DNA of 62,754 nucleotides from an uncultured Muribaculaceae bacterium (GCA_964428195.1 CAYRXC010000001.1:1-62754); one strand, 5' to 3'. Positions 38,427 to 48,649 are shown, numbered from the stretch's first letter. Translations and numbers: made by a program. Notes: generated by a model from the sequence alone, not told the origin.

Positions 38427-41400
38427 ATGTTTGATTTTGACAATAAACTTAATAATAATTCATTTTCAAAAGCTGCCTTTATTTGCCAAAATGAAGAGTT
38501 TTTAAGTGTATACATAAATTCAATAAAAGACTCTAATATTTTATTTGTCACAAATACTCTATTTGAAGCAAACAAAATTTATGATTCGATTATTAATTAC
38601 AATAAAGATGTTCTTTTTTTTCCTGCAGATGATTTCTTTTTTGAAGAATCTTTTGCGGCAAGTCCAGAATTAGCAATAACTAGAATTGAAACAATTAATA
38701 AAATTTTAGATGGCAAAAACAATATAATTATAACTAATTTAATGGGGATATTAAGGTTTTTACCAACAAAAAGCAAATGGAAGTCATCTATACTAAAATT
38801 AAGTGTTGGAGATACAATTAGAAAAGAAAATTTTGTTGAAAAGCTATATTCGATTGGCTATGTACAGGAGTCTTTGGTAAAAAAAACTGGGGACTTTGCA
38901 AATAGGGGTTTTATTGTTGATGTTTTTCCGTGCTTAAATGATAACCCAATAAGAATAGAATTTTGGGGAGACAGTATTGAATCTATAAGATTTTTTGATA
39001 TAGATTCTCAACGATCTTATGAGAATTTAAATAATATAACAATATTTCCAACAAGTGAATTTATATCAAGTAAAAAGGTAGAAGAAAGAAAACAAAAATT
39101 TCTAAACAGGTATGAAGAAGTAAACTCAATAGCAAGTTATTTAGATGATTGTGTTTTAATATATAAAGATAAAAATCAAATTAATAATTCATATATTAAA
39201 TTAATTGAAGATATCAAGGAATATAACGTAGAAAGAAATATAATTTCAGATCAATATTTTAATGATTTATATGAGATAAAAGGATCAAAAGAAATAAATA
39301 TTATGACGTTAGATAATATTTTTGAAGAAAAGTACGATTTAGTTGTAGACTTACAAATTAAAAATGTTATAAATTACAAGGGAGATTTTGAATTACTAAA
39401 TGCTGACTTAAAAGCATATCTAAGACAAAATAAAACAATAATAATTGCTATTAGTTCAAAAAAATTGATTGAAAATCTTGCAACCTATGTAAACCATTCA
39501 ACTATCATAACAACAGAAGATAAAATTGTTAAAGGTTCAATAAACATTATTGAAAAAAAAATAAACGATGGATTTCTACTAAATGATTTAATTGTATTTT
39601 CTGAAAGAAACATTTTTAATCATAAGATTACTAATTCAACTTATAAAAGCAAATTTAAATATGGAACAAAAATTTCTGACTATTCAAAGCTTAATATCGG
39701 AGATTATGTTGTTCATGAAGCTCATGGAATTGGAATATATCAAGGAATTGTAACTCTTGAAGTCTCAGGAGCTATAAAAGATTATCTTTTAATAAAATAC
39801 AAAAACAAGGAAAGTTTATATATTCCAGTAGAAAAGATAGATTTGATTTCTAAATATTCTCAAAATGAGGGAGAAATTCCTAAAATTAGCTCCCTGGGTG
39901 GAACGGATTGGCAAAAAACAAAATTGAGTGTAAGAAATAAAATTAGAGATATTGCGGATAAACTTATTAAAACTTCTGCAGAAAGAGCATCTAAAGAAGG
40001 GTTTATTTTTAGCAAAGATGACCAAAATCAATTTGACTTTGAAAATGAGTTTATATATGAAGAAACAAAAGACCAGTTAATAGCAACAAGACAAATTAAG
40101 GATGATATGGAATCTATTACTCCTATGGATAGAATATTATGTGGTGACGTAGGTTATGGGAAAACAGAAGTTGCATTTAGGGCTATATTTAAGGCGGTTA
40201 ATAGCGGAAAACAAGTGGCATATTTATGTCCTACGACTTTATTATCAAATCAACAATATAATAATGCTTTAACTAGATTTCAAAATTTTCCTGTTAATAT
40301 TGCGTTATTAAATAGATTTACTTCAAAAAAAGAAACAAATAACATATTGAATGGACTTAATAGAGGAACAATAGATATTGTATTTGGAACTCATAGATTG
40401 TTAAGTAAAGACGTATTATTTAAATCATTAGGTCTATTGATAATCGACGAAGAACAACGATTTGGAGTAATTCATAAGGAAAAAATAAAAGAGTATAAGG
40501 CAAATATTGATATATTGACATTATCTGCAACACCCATTCCTAGGACTCTTCAAATGGCAATGGTAGGATTAAGAGGTCTTTCTTTGATCGAGACTCCGCC
40601 CTTGAATAGGTACCCTGTTCAGACATATGTATTGGAGGAGAGCAATTATATTCTTAAAGAGGCAATATATAAGGAATTATCAAGAAATGGACAAGTATAT
40701 ATTTTATACAATAGTGTAGAGAAAATAGAAAAGAAAGCTATTGAAATCCAAAATTTGGTAAAAGAGTCTAAAGTTACTTTTGCTCATGGCAAAATGAACA
40801 AAATCGAAATGGAAAACATTATGATATCTTTTATCAATAGAGATTTTGATGTATTGGTTTGTACAACCATAATTGAGACGGGAATTGATATTCCTAATGT
40901 AAACACTCTTATTATAATAGATGCTGAAAGATTTGGATTAAGTCAACTATATCAAATAAGAGGAAGAGTTGGTAGAACAAATAAAATTGCATATGCTTAC
41001 TTAATGTATAACAAAAATAAAATAATTGGTGACTTAGCATCAAAAAGATTAAATACTATTAAGGAATTTACCGAACTGGGAAGCGGTTTGTCGATTGCTT
41101 TAAGAGACTTGTCGATAAGAGGCTCCGGAGATATATTAGGAAGTGAACAGTCTGGGTTTATAGATAGTGTTGGAATTGAATTATATACAAAGATGATAAA
41201 TGAAGAAGTAGAAAAAATAAAAGGAAATTTTGTTGAAAAAGAGAGTCAAGAAGAAGAAATGCCTTTAATAAATATCGATACACATATCGATGATTCATTT
41301 ATGATCGATGAATCTTTAAAAATAGAAATACATAAAAAAATAAACGAAATTGATGGTTATGAAAAATTAATCGAGGTTAAAAGAGAGATAGAAGATAGGT

Positions 41401-41693
41401 TTGGAAAAGTATCAGATAAATTGCTGTTATATATGCATCAAGAATGGTTTGAAAAATTAGCGCGAGAAAAGGGAATAGAAAAAGTAAGACAAAATATGAA
41501 TTCTATAGATCTAATATTTTCTAAAGAAGGAACTGAGACTTTAAATATAAATGATTTATACTATAGTAGTTTATCTATTTCAAAGAATTTCAGATTTTCT
41601 TACGAATATAGGAGATTAAAAGTTACTCTTGATATATTAAAACTCAACAAACATTGGTTATATTATTTGTTAGAATTCTTCAATAATATTTGA
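38427..41693 (+). CDS. mfd: transcription-repair coupling factor
   Basis: 1088 aa. CarD-like domain (GDYVVHEAHGIG), helicase motifs (GDVGYGKTEVA, DEEQRFG), TRG motif. Confidence 0.95.
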   Translation: MFDFDNKLNNNSFSKAAFICQNEEFLSVYINSIKDSNILFVTNTLFEANKIYDSIINYNKDVLFFPADDFFFEESFAASPELAITRIETINKILDGKNNIIITNLMGILRFLPTKSKWKSSILKLSVGDTIRKENFVEKLYSIGYVQESLVKKTGDFANRGFIVDVFPCLNDNPIRIEFWGDSIESIRFFDIDSQRSYENLNNITIFPTSEFISSKKVEERKQKFLNRYEEVNSIASYLDDCVLIYKDKNQINNSYIKLIEDIKEYNVERNIISDQYFNDLYEIKGSKEINIMTLDNIFEEKYDLVVDLQIKNVINYKGDFELLNADLKAYLRQNKTIIIAISSKKLIENLATYVNHSTIITTEDKIVKGSINIIEKKINDGFLLNDLIVFSERNIFNHKITNSTYKSKFKYGTKISDYSKLNIGDYVVHEAHGIGIYQGIVTLEVSGAIKDYLLIKYKNKESLYIPVEKIDLISKYSQNEGEIPKISSLGGTDWQKTKLSVRNKIRDIADKLIKTSAERASKEGFIFSKDDQNQFDFENEFIYEETKDQLIATRQIKDDMESITPMDRILCGDVGYGKTEVAFRAIFKAVNSGKQVAYLCPTTLLSNQQYNNALTRFQNFPVNIALLNRFTSKKETNNILNGLNRGTIDIVFGTHRLLSKDVLFKSLGLLIIDEEQRFGVIHKEKIKEYKANIDILTLSATPIPRTLQMAMVGLRGLSLIETPPLNRYPVQTYVLEESNYILKEAIYKELSRNGQVYILYNSVEKIEKKAIEIQNLVKESKVTFAHGKMNKIEMENIMISFINRDFDVLVCTTIIETGIDIPNVNTLIIIDAERFGLSQLYQIRGRVGRTNKIAYAYLMYNKNKIIGDLASKRLNTIKEFTELGSGLSIALRDLSIRGSGDILGSEQSGFIDSVGIELYTKMINEEVEKIKGNFVEKESQEEEMPLINIDTHIDDSFMIDESLKIEIHKKINEIDGYEKLIEVKREIEDRFGKVSDKLLLYMHQEWFEKLAREKGIEKVRQNMNSIDLIFSKEGTETLNINDLYYSSLSISKNFRFSYEYRRLKVTLDILKLNKHWLYYLLEFFNNI

Positions 41694-41717
41694 CAAAAAA
41701 TATATCGATGATATAAT
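41690..41717 (+). promoter_or_regulatory. sigma-A promoter of the metG leader
   Basis: TTGACA (it contains the mfd TGA stop), 16 nt spacer, TG-n-TATAAT. Confidence 0.7.
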
Positions 41718-41734
41718 TTTAATCATAAATGACG

Positions 41735-41915
41735 TTGAAGAAAATGAGGTTTGAAGTAATATTTTAGAGAGCTTGGTTAGCTGAAACAAGTATATTATTT
41801 CTTACTGTATGAATTTGGAGTCAAACGTATTTCTGCGTTAAAGAATCGAGAGCATAGTAATACTATGAATTAAGGTGGTACCACGCAAGAGCGTCCTTAT
41901 ATAAGGATGCTTTTT
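41735..41915 (+). promoter_or_regulatory. T-box riboswitch leader, Met specifier (AUG)
   Basis: AGAGAG and GCTGAAA stem I elements. Specifier ATG at 41809..41811 followed by A. T-box AAGGTGGTACCACG (41872..41885). Terminator GCGTCCTTA/TAAGGATGC plus TTTTT (41891..41915). Confidence 0.85.
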
Positions 41916-41926
41916 AGGAGGATTTT

Positions 41927-43453
41927 ATGGAAAAATATTATATTTCAACTGCAATTGCATATGCTTCAAGCAAACCTCATGTAGGCAATGTTTATGAAGC
42001 GGTTTTAGCTGATTCTATTGCAAGATATAAAAGAAAAAAAGGATTTGATGTATATTTTCAAACTGGAACAGACGAGCATGGGGAAAAAGTTCATAATATG
42101 GCGTTGGAAAAAGGTATCGATGAACAAACTTTTGTTGATGAGGTTTCAAAAGAGGTAAAAAGAATTTTTGATTTATTAGATGTGTCATACGATAAGTTTG
42201 TTAGGACTTCTGATCAATTCCACAAGGAAAAAGTCGAAAGAGTTTTTAATAAGCTTTATCAAAATGGAGACATCTATAAAGACAAATATGAAGGATGGTA
42301 CTGTGTGCCTTGTGAGGCATATTTTACAGACTTACAATTGATTGATGGAAAGTGTCCAGACTGTGGGAGAGAAGTAGAAAAACATAGTGAAGAGGCATAT
42401 TTTTTTAAGTTATCAAAATATACTCCAAGGTTGATAGAATATATAAACAATAATCCAACTTTTTTGTTACCAGAATTTAGAAAAAATGAAATTATGAATA
42501 ACTTCATATTGCCTGGACTCCAGGATTTATGTGTCACAAGAACGTCTTTTGATTGGGGAGTAAAGGTTCCCTTTGATAGAGAGAAGGTCATATATGTTTG
42601 GATTGATGCACTAATTAATTATATTACTTTCATTGGATATGATGTAGAAAACAAAGAAGAAAGATTTGAATATTTATGGCCGGCTGATCTTCAAATAATA
42701 GGAAAAGATATTTTTAGATTTCATGCAATTTATTGGCCAATAATTTTGATGGCTCTTGGAGAAAAACTTCCAAAGACAATATTTGGTCATCAATGGTTAA
42801 TATCAGGAAAAGAAAAAATGAGCAAATCTAGAGGAAACGTTTTATATGCCGATGATTTAGTTGAAGAGTTTGGTCTAGATCAAATAAGATACTATATTTT
42901 AAGTTCTATGCCATTAAATAGTGATGGTTTAATATCAAGAGACCTAATAATCGAAAAAATAAATTCCGATTTATCAAATAATATAGGAAATCTTGTCAAT
43001 AGAACTATCTCAATGTCAATTAAATACTTTGAAGGAAAAGTAAACAAACCTTCTAAGGCATATCCTGAGGATGAAAAATTTATTAAAGAGGTTGAAAAAT
43101 TATCAAAGATTTCGATTAAATATTTTGAAGAGATAAATATCAGCTTAGCATTATCGACGATAATCGATATATCCAGAATGACCAACAAATACATAGATGA
43201 TAATTCACCTTGGATATTGGCAAAAGAAGAAAACAAAACCAGGTTAGAAGCGGTAATATTTAATATTTTGGAATCAATTAGAATAATTTCAGTGTTATTA
43301 GAACCATTTATTCCATCTACCTCAACAAAAATATTGGATTCTTTAAACACAAAATATAATAACTATGAATCTATAGAAGTATTTGGAGAAAAAGAAGAAC
43401 AATATATGGTTAAAAAAACAGATATATTATTTGCTAGAGTAGATAAAGAGTAG
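41927..43453 (+). CDS. metG: methionine--tRNA ligase (short form, no C-terminal tRNA-binding domain)
   Basis: HVGN (HIGH-class) motif, zinc knuckles CVPC/CPDC and KMSKS. Confidence 0.95.
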   Translation: MEKYYISTAIAYASSKPHVGNVYEAVLADSIARYKRKKGFDVYFQTGTDEHGEKVHNMALEKGIDEQTFVDEVSKEVKRIFDLLDVSYDKFVRTSDQFHKEKVERVFNKLYQNGDIYKDKYEGWYCVPCEAYFTDLQLIDGKCPDCGREVEKHSEEAYFFKLSKYTPRLIEYINNNPTFLLPEFRKNEIMNNFILPGLQDLCVTRTSFDWGVKVPFDREKVIYVWIDALINYITFIGYDVENKEERFEYLWPADLQIIGKDIFRFHAIYWPIILMALGEKLPKTIFGHQWLISGKEKMSKSRGNVLYADDLVEEFGLDQIRYYILSSMPLNSDGLISRDLIIEKINSDLSNNIGNLVNRTISMSIKYFEGKVNKPSKAYPEDEKFIKEVEKLSKISIKYFEEINISLALSTIIDISRMTNKYIDDNSPWILAKEENKTRLEAVIFNILESIRIISVLLEPFIPSTSTKILDSLNTKYNNYESIEVFGEKEEQYMVKKTDILFARVDKE

Positions 43454-43500
43454 TTTGTTTTTTGGTAGTTTTATTGTTATAATTAAATAGGAGGTTTGCT

Positions 43501-43764
43501 ATGTTTGTAAATTTTGTATTAGAGATTCTATTTCCTTTGATGATTGCTCTTGTATTAATTGTTACTTTTCTTAAAATTACATCGATGATTTTGGATTTGA
43601 TTAATTTTGATATAATACCTATAAGAGTTCTATTATTTCTAGTTATTTATTACTTTGCTGGACCTTTTATTTATGATTATGTTAGTAAACTATTTGATAA
43701 AATTCATCCGATAGCTGAATTCTTCTTTATTCCTATTCAAAAAATTATCGAATATATTGGGTAA
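43501..43764 (+). CDS. hypothetical small membrane protein
   Basis: 87 aa with 2-3 hydrophobic helices. Strong RBS TAGGAGG 7 nt upstream. Confidence 0.6.
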   Translation: MFVNFVLEILFPLMIALVLIVTFLKITSMILDLINFDIIPIRVLLFLVIYYFAGPFIYDYVSKLFDKIHPIAEFFFIPIQKIIEYIG

Positions 43765-43766
43765 TT

Positions 43767-44525
43767 ATGGTAGTAGATACTCACTGCCACATATTAAGAG
43801 ATTACTACGAAGATATCGATAGTGTAATAGAAGAATCAAAGAAAAAAAACATAATATTAATTATTAATGGAATAAGTCCAAGTTCAAATAGAGAAATATT
43901 AAAAATAGTAAAAGAACACGACAACGTTTTTGGAGTTTTGGGATTCCATCCTTCTGAAGTAGAAAATATTTCGGAAGAAGACTATTTAGTTTTAGAAGAG
44001 CAGCTTAAAGAAGACAAGATAATTGGAATTGGAGAAATCGGGTTAGATTATTATTGGACAAAAGAAAATAAAGAAGAACAAATTATTTTATTTAAAAGGC
44101 AACTTGAAATAGCGTCTAACTTTAATTATCCAGTTATTATCCATAACAGAGACGCTACACAAGATATTATTGAGATATTGAAAGACTATAAAGTAAGAGG
44201 TATAATGCATGCATTTAGTAAAAGTCTAGAAGTTGCAAAAATATTTACTAAAATGGGTTTTAAACTTGGAATTGGTGGAATTATTACTTTCAAAAATTCA
44301 TCTTTAAAGGAAGTAATTGAACAAATTGATTTAGAAAACATTGTATTAGAAACAGATTCGCCATATTTAACCCCCGAACCTTACAGAGGCAAAACTAATT
44401 ATCCAATTATGATAAAAGAAACCGTTAAAAGTATTGCTGAAATAAAAAATATTTCTGAAAATAAAGTAGAGGAAACAACGTTTAACAATACTACCTCAAT
44501 ATTTGACTTAAAACCATTAAAATGA
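43767..44525 (+). CDS. tatD: TatD-family metal-dependent hydrolase (YabD)
   Basis: DTHCH N-terminal motif, GEIGLDYYW, HNRDA. Follows metG as in Bacillus. Confidence 0.9.
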   Translation: MVVDTHCHILRDYYEDIDSVIEESKKKNIILIINGISPSSNREILKIVKEHDNVFGVLGFHPSEVENISEEDYLVLEEQLKEDKIIGIGEIGLDYYWTKENKEEQIILFKRQLEIASNFNYPVIIHNRDATQDIIEILKDYKVRGIMHAFSKSLEVAKIFTKMGFKLGIGGIITFKNSSLKEVIEQIDLENIVLETDSPYLTPEPYRGKTNYPIMIKETVKSIAEIKNISENKVEETTFNNTTSIFDLKPLK

Positions 44526-44555
44526 TACAATTATTAAAGTTTAAATAGGAGGAAT

Positions 44556-45089
44556 ATGATAAAGAAAAGCATTTATTTCTTGATAATTATTATATTGTTA
44601 ATAAATGTTTCGATTTTATCTTATAGATATAGTTTTTATTCTAATATTGTATATAGAGCAAGTATATATTCGCGCGAAAAAGATAATTTGGTAATAGTTG
44701 AAAAAGAAGTTAAGATTAATGATAATGAATCATTTACTGTCTTAGATTCATATGAGGGAGTAATGACCGCATACGGAGCAGATTGTTATGGTTGCTCAGG
44801 AGTAACTGCATATGGGTACGATATTAGAAATAACAACATATATTATGAAGATGAAAAATTTGGGAACATAAGAATAGTTGCTGCGGATAATAGTGTTCCA
44901 TTTGGAACAGTAGTAAGAGTATCCGGGGTAAAAATATATGAAGAACCTTTTTTAGCAATTGTATTAGATAGAGGATATGCAATAAAAGGCGATATTATGG
45001 ATTTGGCATTTGGCTTTCAGGATGATGAAGATGTGAAAAAAGTAGGAAGATCAAATGTATTATATGAAGTATTAAGATATGGATGGTAA
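44556..45089 (+). CDS. 3D-domain (RlpA-like double-psi beta-barrel) membrane-anchored protein, YabE-like but short
   Basis: N-terminal TM helix. C-terminal FGTVVRVSG...LDRGYAIKGDIMDLAF 3D-domain pattern. Confidence 0.7.
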   Translation: MIKKSIYFLIIIILLINVSILSYRYSFYSNIVYRASIYSREKDNLVIVEKEVKINDNESFTVLDSYEGVMTAYGADCYGCSGVTAYGYDIRNNNIYYEDEKFGNIRIVAADNSVPFGTVVRVSGVKIYEEPFLAIVLDRGYAIKGDIMDLAFGFQDDEDVKKVGRSNVLYEVLRYGW

Positions 45090-45114
45090 GAGACTTGAGG
45101 GTCTCTTATTTATT
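45088..45114 (+). terminator. Rho-independent terminator
   Basis: AAGAGAC-TTGAGG-GTCTCTT followed by ATTTATT. Confidence 0.6.
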
Positions 45115-45125
45115 GGAGAAGAGCT

Positions 45126-45929
45126 ATGAACAATAATTTTATTTTTAAAAAAAGACTTGGACAAAATTTTCTAATTAATGAAAACATTTTAGATCAGATA
45201 ATTGACAATTCAGATATAGAGGAAGAATCACTTGTCATCGAAGTCGGGTGTGGTTCGGGCAATTTGACAAGGAAATTGTCGGAAAAATTTAAATATGTAT
45301 TAGGATATGAAATAGATAAAGATCTCGAGAAAAGCTTAAACGAAATTAATAATCAAAATACAAATATTATATTCGAAGATTTTTTAAAAAGAGATATAAA
45401 AAGAGATATATCTAATTATAAATACGATAAATTATATGTTATTTCAAATCTGCCATATTACATAACAACCCCTATTATAGAAAAAATAATAGAGAGTAAA
45501 ATTGATCCTTTTCGAATAATTGTTATGGTCCAAAAAGAAGTTGGTGATCGAATAAAAGCAAAACCAAATTCAAAACAATACAGCTCGTTAAGCATTTATA
45601 TAAATTATTATTTCGAGGTAAAAAAAATATTAGAAGTAAAAAGGGGAAACTTTTATCCACAACCTAATGTCGATAGTATAGTATTAAAAATGAGTAGAAA
45701 AGATACTAAAGAAATACCAATTAATGAAGAGTTGTTCTTTAAATTGGTAAGAGATTCGTTCAAGTTTAAGAGAAAAACATTAAAAAATAATTTAATAGAT
45801 TATGATTTTGCAGTAATTGAAGAAGTCCTTAAAGAGAACGGCTATAAAGAAAATATTAGGGCAGAACAAATATCTATTGATTTGTTCATAAAGATTGCAA
45901 ATTCTATATATTTAAACAATTTACATTAA
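45126..45929 (+). CDS. rsmA: 16S rRNA (adenine1518/1519-N6)-dimethyltransferase
   Basis: LGQNFL, EVGCGSGNLT and NLPYYITTPI motifs. Confidence 0.95.
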   Translation: MNNNFIFKKRLGQNFLINENILDQIIDNSDIEEESLVIEVGCGSGNLTRKLSEKFKYVLGYEIDKDLEKSLNEINNQNTNIIFEDFLKRDIKRDISNYKYDKLYVISNLPYYITTPIIEKIIESKIDPFRIIVMVQKEVGDRIKAKPNSKQYSSLSIYINYYFEVKKILEVKRGNFYPQPNVDSIVLKMSRKDTKEIPINEELFFKLVRDSFKFKRKTLKNNLIDYDFAVIEEVLKENGYKENIRAEQISIDLFIKIANSIYLNNLH

Positions 45930-45996
45930 ACATATTGATTTTTTTCTTATAATAATGTAATATTATATTGAATTTAGTTCAAAAGGAGAGGTGCTC

Positions 45997-46287
45997 GTGA
46001 AAATAACATCAGTAAATGTTCGTAAAATCGAAAAAGAAAATTCTCGTATGAAAGGAATTGTATCTATATTAATAGACGATTGTTTCGCTATTCATGATAT
46101 TAAAATTATCGAAGGCGATAATGGTCCATTTGTTGCGATGCCAAGTAGAAGAAATGCAGTAGGTGACTATAGAGATATAGTGCACCCAATAAATCAAGAA
46201 ACTCGTGATATGTTTAATAAAGTAATAATTGCTGAATATGAAAATGCCGAAGATGTTACGAATGAAGAAGTAGAAGAAGAGGAATAA
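45997..46287 (+). CDS. spoVG: septation protein SpoVG
   Basis: KITSVNVRKIE...FVAMPSRR...RDIVHPIN. GTG at 45997 chosen for its spacing to AAAGGAGAG; the track start at 45991 is too close to the RBS. Confidence 0.9.
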   Translation: MKITSVNVRKIEKENSRMKGIVSILIDDCFAIHDIKIIEGDNGPFVAMPSRRNAVGDYRDIVHPINQETRDMFNKVIIAEYENAEDVTNEEVEEEE

Positions 46288-46382
46288 ACCTCTTTTTTTG
46301 TTAATTAATGTAAAACGTAATTATCAAATGTTGATATCCTTTTTTAATGTTGATAAAATAGCATTAAGAGAGGGTATGTATT

Positions 46383-46667
46383 ATGAAGCAAGGCTCTAGA
46401 ATTAAGAAAAAAGTATATATATTCTGTTTTTTTCTTATGTTTATTACTGTTATGATTTTTAGTGTTGCTTCAGTCTTTGCCAAAGTAGTAAACTTATATC
46501 AGGAAAAGGAAGAACTTAAAGAGGAATTAAGCCAAGCTAAAGAGAACAAAAAGTATTTAGAAAAAGAAGTAGAAAGACTAAGTGATGAGGAATACATTGC
46601 AAGATTTGCTAGAGAAAAGTACTTGTTTTCTAAAGAGGGAGAATTCATTATTAAAATACAAAAGTAA
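46383..46667 (+). CDS. septum formation initiator (FtsB/DivIC family)
   Basis: 94 aa. One TM helix followed by a coiled coil, and a C-terminal YIARFAREKY motif. Confidence 0.8.
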   Translation: MKQGSRIKKKVYIFCFFLMFITVMIFSVASVFAKVVNLYQEKEELKEELSQAKENKKYLEKEVERLSDEEYIARFAREKYLFSKEGEFIIKIQK

Positions 46668-46686
46668 GATTTATTCTTACTTTTAT
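46661..46686 (+). terminator. Rho-independent terminator overlapping the divIC-like stop
   Basis: AAAGTAAGA-TTTAT-TCTTACTTT followed by TAT. Confidence 0.55.
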
Positions 46687-46709
46687 GTTATTATTAATTT
46701 GGTGATTTT

Positions 46710-47081
46710 ATGGAATTAGCTAATTCATTAGTTTTAGCTTATATTGGTGACTCGTTTTATGAGTTAAATGTAAGAAAACATCTTGTTGAAAATAAAATCA
46801 ACAAGGTTAATTTGCTGCAAGAAAACGCAAAAAATTATGTTAGTGCAAGAAGACAAGCATATTTTTTAAAGGTAATGATTGAAAACAACTTTTTTGATGA
46901 GGAAGAACTTCAAGTAATAAAAAGAGCTCGAAATTCAAAAGTGCACTCTCATCCAAAACACACTGATATTTTATCTTATAAACATGCGACAGCATTAGAA
47001 GCAATTGTCGGATTTCATTATGTAAAAGAAGATTTTTGTAGATTAGAAGAAATAATGAATTATATATGGGGTATTAAATGA
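46710..47081 (+). CDS. mrnC: Mini-ribonuclease 3
   Basis: LAYIGDSFYELNVR RNase III-like signature. 123 aa. Upstream of rlmB as in Bacillus (yazC-yacO). Confidence 0.88.
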   Translation: MELANSLVLAYIGDSFYELNVRKHLVENKINKVNLLQENAKNYVSARRQAYFLKVMIENNFFDEEELQVIKRARNSKVHSHPKHTDILSYKHATALEAIVGFHYVKEDFCRLEEIMNYIWGIK

Positions 47082-47770
47082 TAGTAATAGGTAAAAATGT
47101 TGCAATTGAATTGCTAAATAAAGATGAAAAAATTAACAAAATATATTTATATAACAATTTTGATGACAATAAAATTATAAACATGATCAAAAAAAGAAAT
47201 ATTAGCGTTGTTTATAAAACAAAAAATGAATTATTCAAAATTGATAATGGAAATCATCAGGGTATAATTTTGGATATACCTGATTTTGATTATTGTGATT
47301 TTGATAAATTAATTAATAATAAAAAATTTATTGTAATATTGGATCATATTGAAGATCCGCATAATTTTGGAGCAATAATCAGAACTTGCGAAGGAGCGGG
47401 AGTAGATGGAATAGTAATACCAAAAGATAGAAGTGTATCAATTAATTCGACAGTAATGAAAACCAGTTCTGGAGCTTTATCAAATATGATGATATCACAA
47501 GTAGTAAACATAAATAATGCAATAGAAATAATGAAAGAAAAAGGATATTGGGTTGTGGGGTCAGTTATGGATTCGAAAGATAAGTATTTCGAAATCAAAT
47601 ATAATTATCCGATTGCATTGGTAATCGGAAGCGAAGGAAAAGGAATAAGTAAATTAACAAAAGAAAAATGCGATTATTTGATTACTATACCTATGAAGGG
47701 AAAAATAAATAGTTTAAATGCCTCTGTAGCGGCAGGAATAATAATATATGAAATATCAAAAAATATATAA
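47078..47770 (+). CDS. rlmB: 23S rRNA (guanosine-2'-O)-methyltransferase RlmB/TrmH family
   Basis: SPOUT motifs DPHNFGAIIRT, GSEGKGIS and SLNASVAAGI. Confidence 0.88.
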   Translation: MIVIGKNVAIELLNKDEKINKIYLYNNFDDNKIINMIKKRNISVVYKTKNELFKIDNGNHQGIILDIPDFDYCDFDKLINNKKFIVILDHIEDPHNFGAIIRTCEGAGVDGIVIPKDRSVSINSTVMKTSSGALSNMMISQVVNINNAIEIMKEKGYWVVGSVMDSKDKYFEIKYNYPIALVIGSEGKGISKLTKEKCDYLITIPMKGKINSLNASVAAGIIIYEISKNI

Positions 47771-47779
47771 GGAGGATAA

Positions 47780-48394
47780 ATGTATAAAGATATCGATGAT
47801 TATGAGTTAATTTATTTAATTGGTGAACAAAATGAAAAAGCTTCAGATATACTTTATGAAAGATACAAGCCTATAATTGATTTGAAATCCAAAAAATATC
47901 TAAAATACGGAAAAAAATTAGGGTTAGAATATTCCGATCTATTTCAAGAAGGAATGCTGGGGCTTTCTGAAGCTATAAAAACGTATGATGATTCTAAAAA
48001 TGCTCAATTTAAAACATTTTCAAATTTGTGCATTGAAAGGCAAATATTTTCTTTGTTGAAAAAAGCAAGCAGAAAAAAGCACTCATTATTGAACGAGTCA
48101 ATTTCGCTTGATGATAAAATTAATGATGATGATAACACGCTATTAGACTTAATAGTAGAAAAAGGGACGAATCCAAGCGATATGATGGAATATACCGAAA
48201 AGAAAAACGAATTGTACGATTTTATAGAAAAAACTCTTACTCCTTTAGAAAAAGAAGTGTTTGATTTGAAAATAAATGGTTTTGATTACAAAGAGATATC
48301 TAGATTACTAAATAAAAGTTATAAATCTATCGATAGTGCAATTCAGAGAATAAGAACAAAAATTAAGAACAACATAAATAATAATCAATCTTGA
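47780..48394 (+). CDS. sigH: sigma-70 family RNA polymerase sigma factor, SigH-like by position
   Basis: Region 2 (DLFQEGMLGLSEAIKTYD) and a region 4 HTH. Sits between rlmB and secE-nusG exactly like B. subtilis sigH. Confidence 0.75.
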   Translation: MYKDIDDYELIYLIGEQNEKASDILYERYKPIIDLKSKKYLKYGKKLGLEYSDLFQEGMLGLSEAIKTYDDSKNAQFKTFSNLCIERQIFSLLKKASRKKHSLLNESISLDDKINDDDNTLLDLIVEKGTNPSDMMEYTEKKNELYDFIEKTLTPLEKEVFDLKINGFDYKEISRLLNKSYKSIDSAIQRIRTKIKNNINNNQS

Positions 48395-48419
48395 CTTTAA
48401 TATACCTTTGTGTTAATAT
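48391..48419 (+). promoter_or_regulatory. sigma-A promoter for secE-nusG
   Basis: TTGACT (it contains the sigH TGA stop), 17 nt spacer, TG-n-TAATAT. Confidence 0.5.
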
Positions 48420-48466
48420 CGTTTCAAGAAACACAGAGGTGTTTTTATTTTGGAAAAAGGTGGGAA

Positions 48467-48646
48467 ATGAAAAAAATTAAAGAATTTTTAATCAGTGTAA
48501 AAAAAGAAACATCAAAGATAAAATGGCCAACAAAAAAAGAGATGATAAAATATTCGACTGCAACTCTATCGTTTATGTTCTTCTTTGGAATATTTTTCTT
48601 CGTATTGGACTTTGTTTTTGCTTTTTTAAAGAGTATAGTGGGGTAA
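48467..48646 (+). CDS. secE: preprotein translocase subunit SecE
   Basis: 59 aa. KIKWPTKKEM followed by a single TM helix. Start trimmed to the ATG after AAAGGTGGGAA. Confidence 0.9.
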   Translation: MKKIKEFLISVKKETSKIKWPTKKEMIKYSTATLSFMFFFGIFFFVLDFVFAFLKSIVG

Positions 48647-48649
48647 TTA

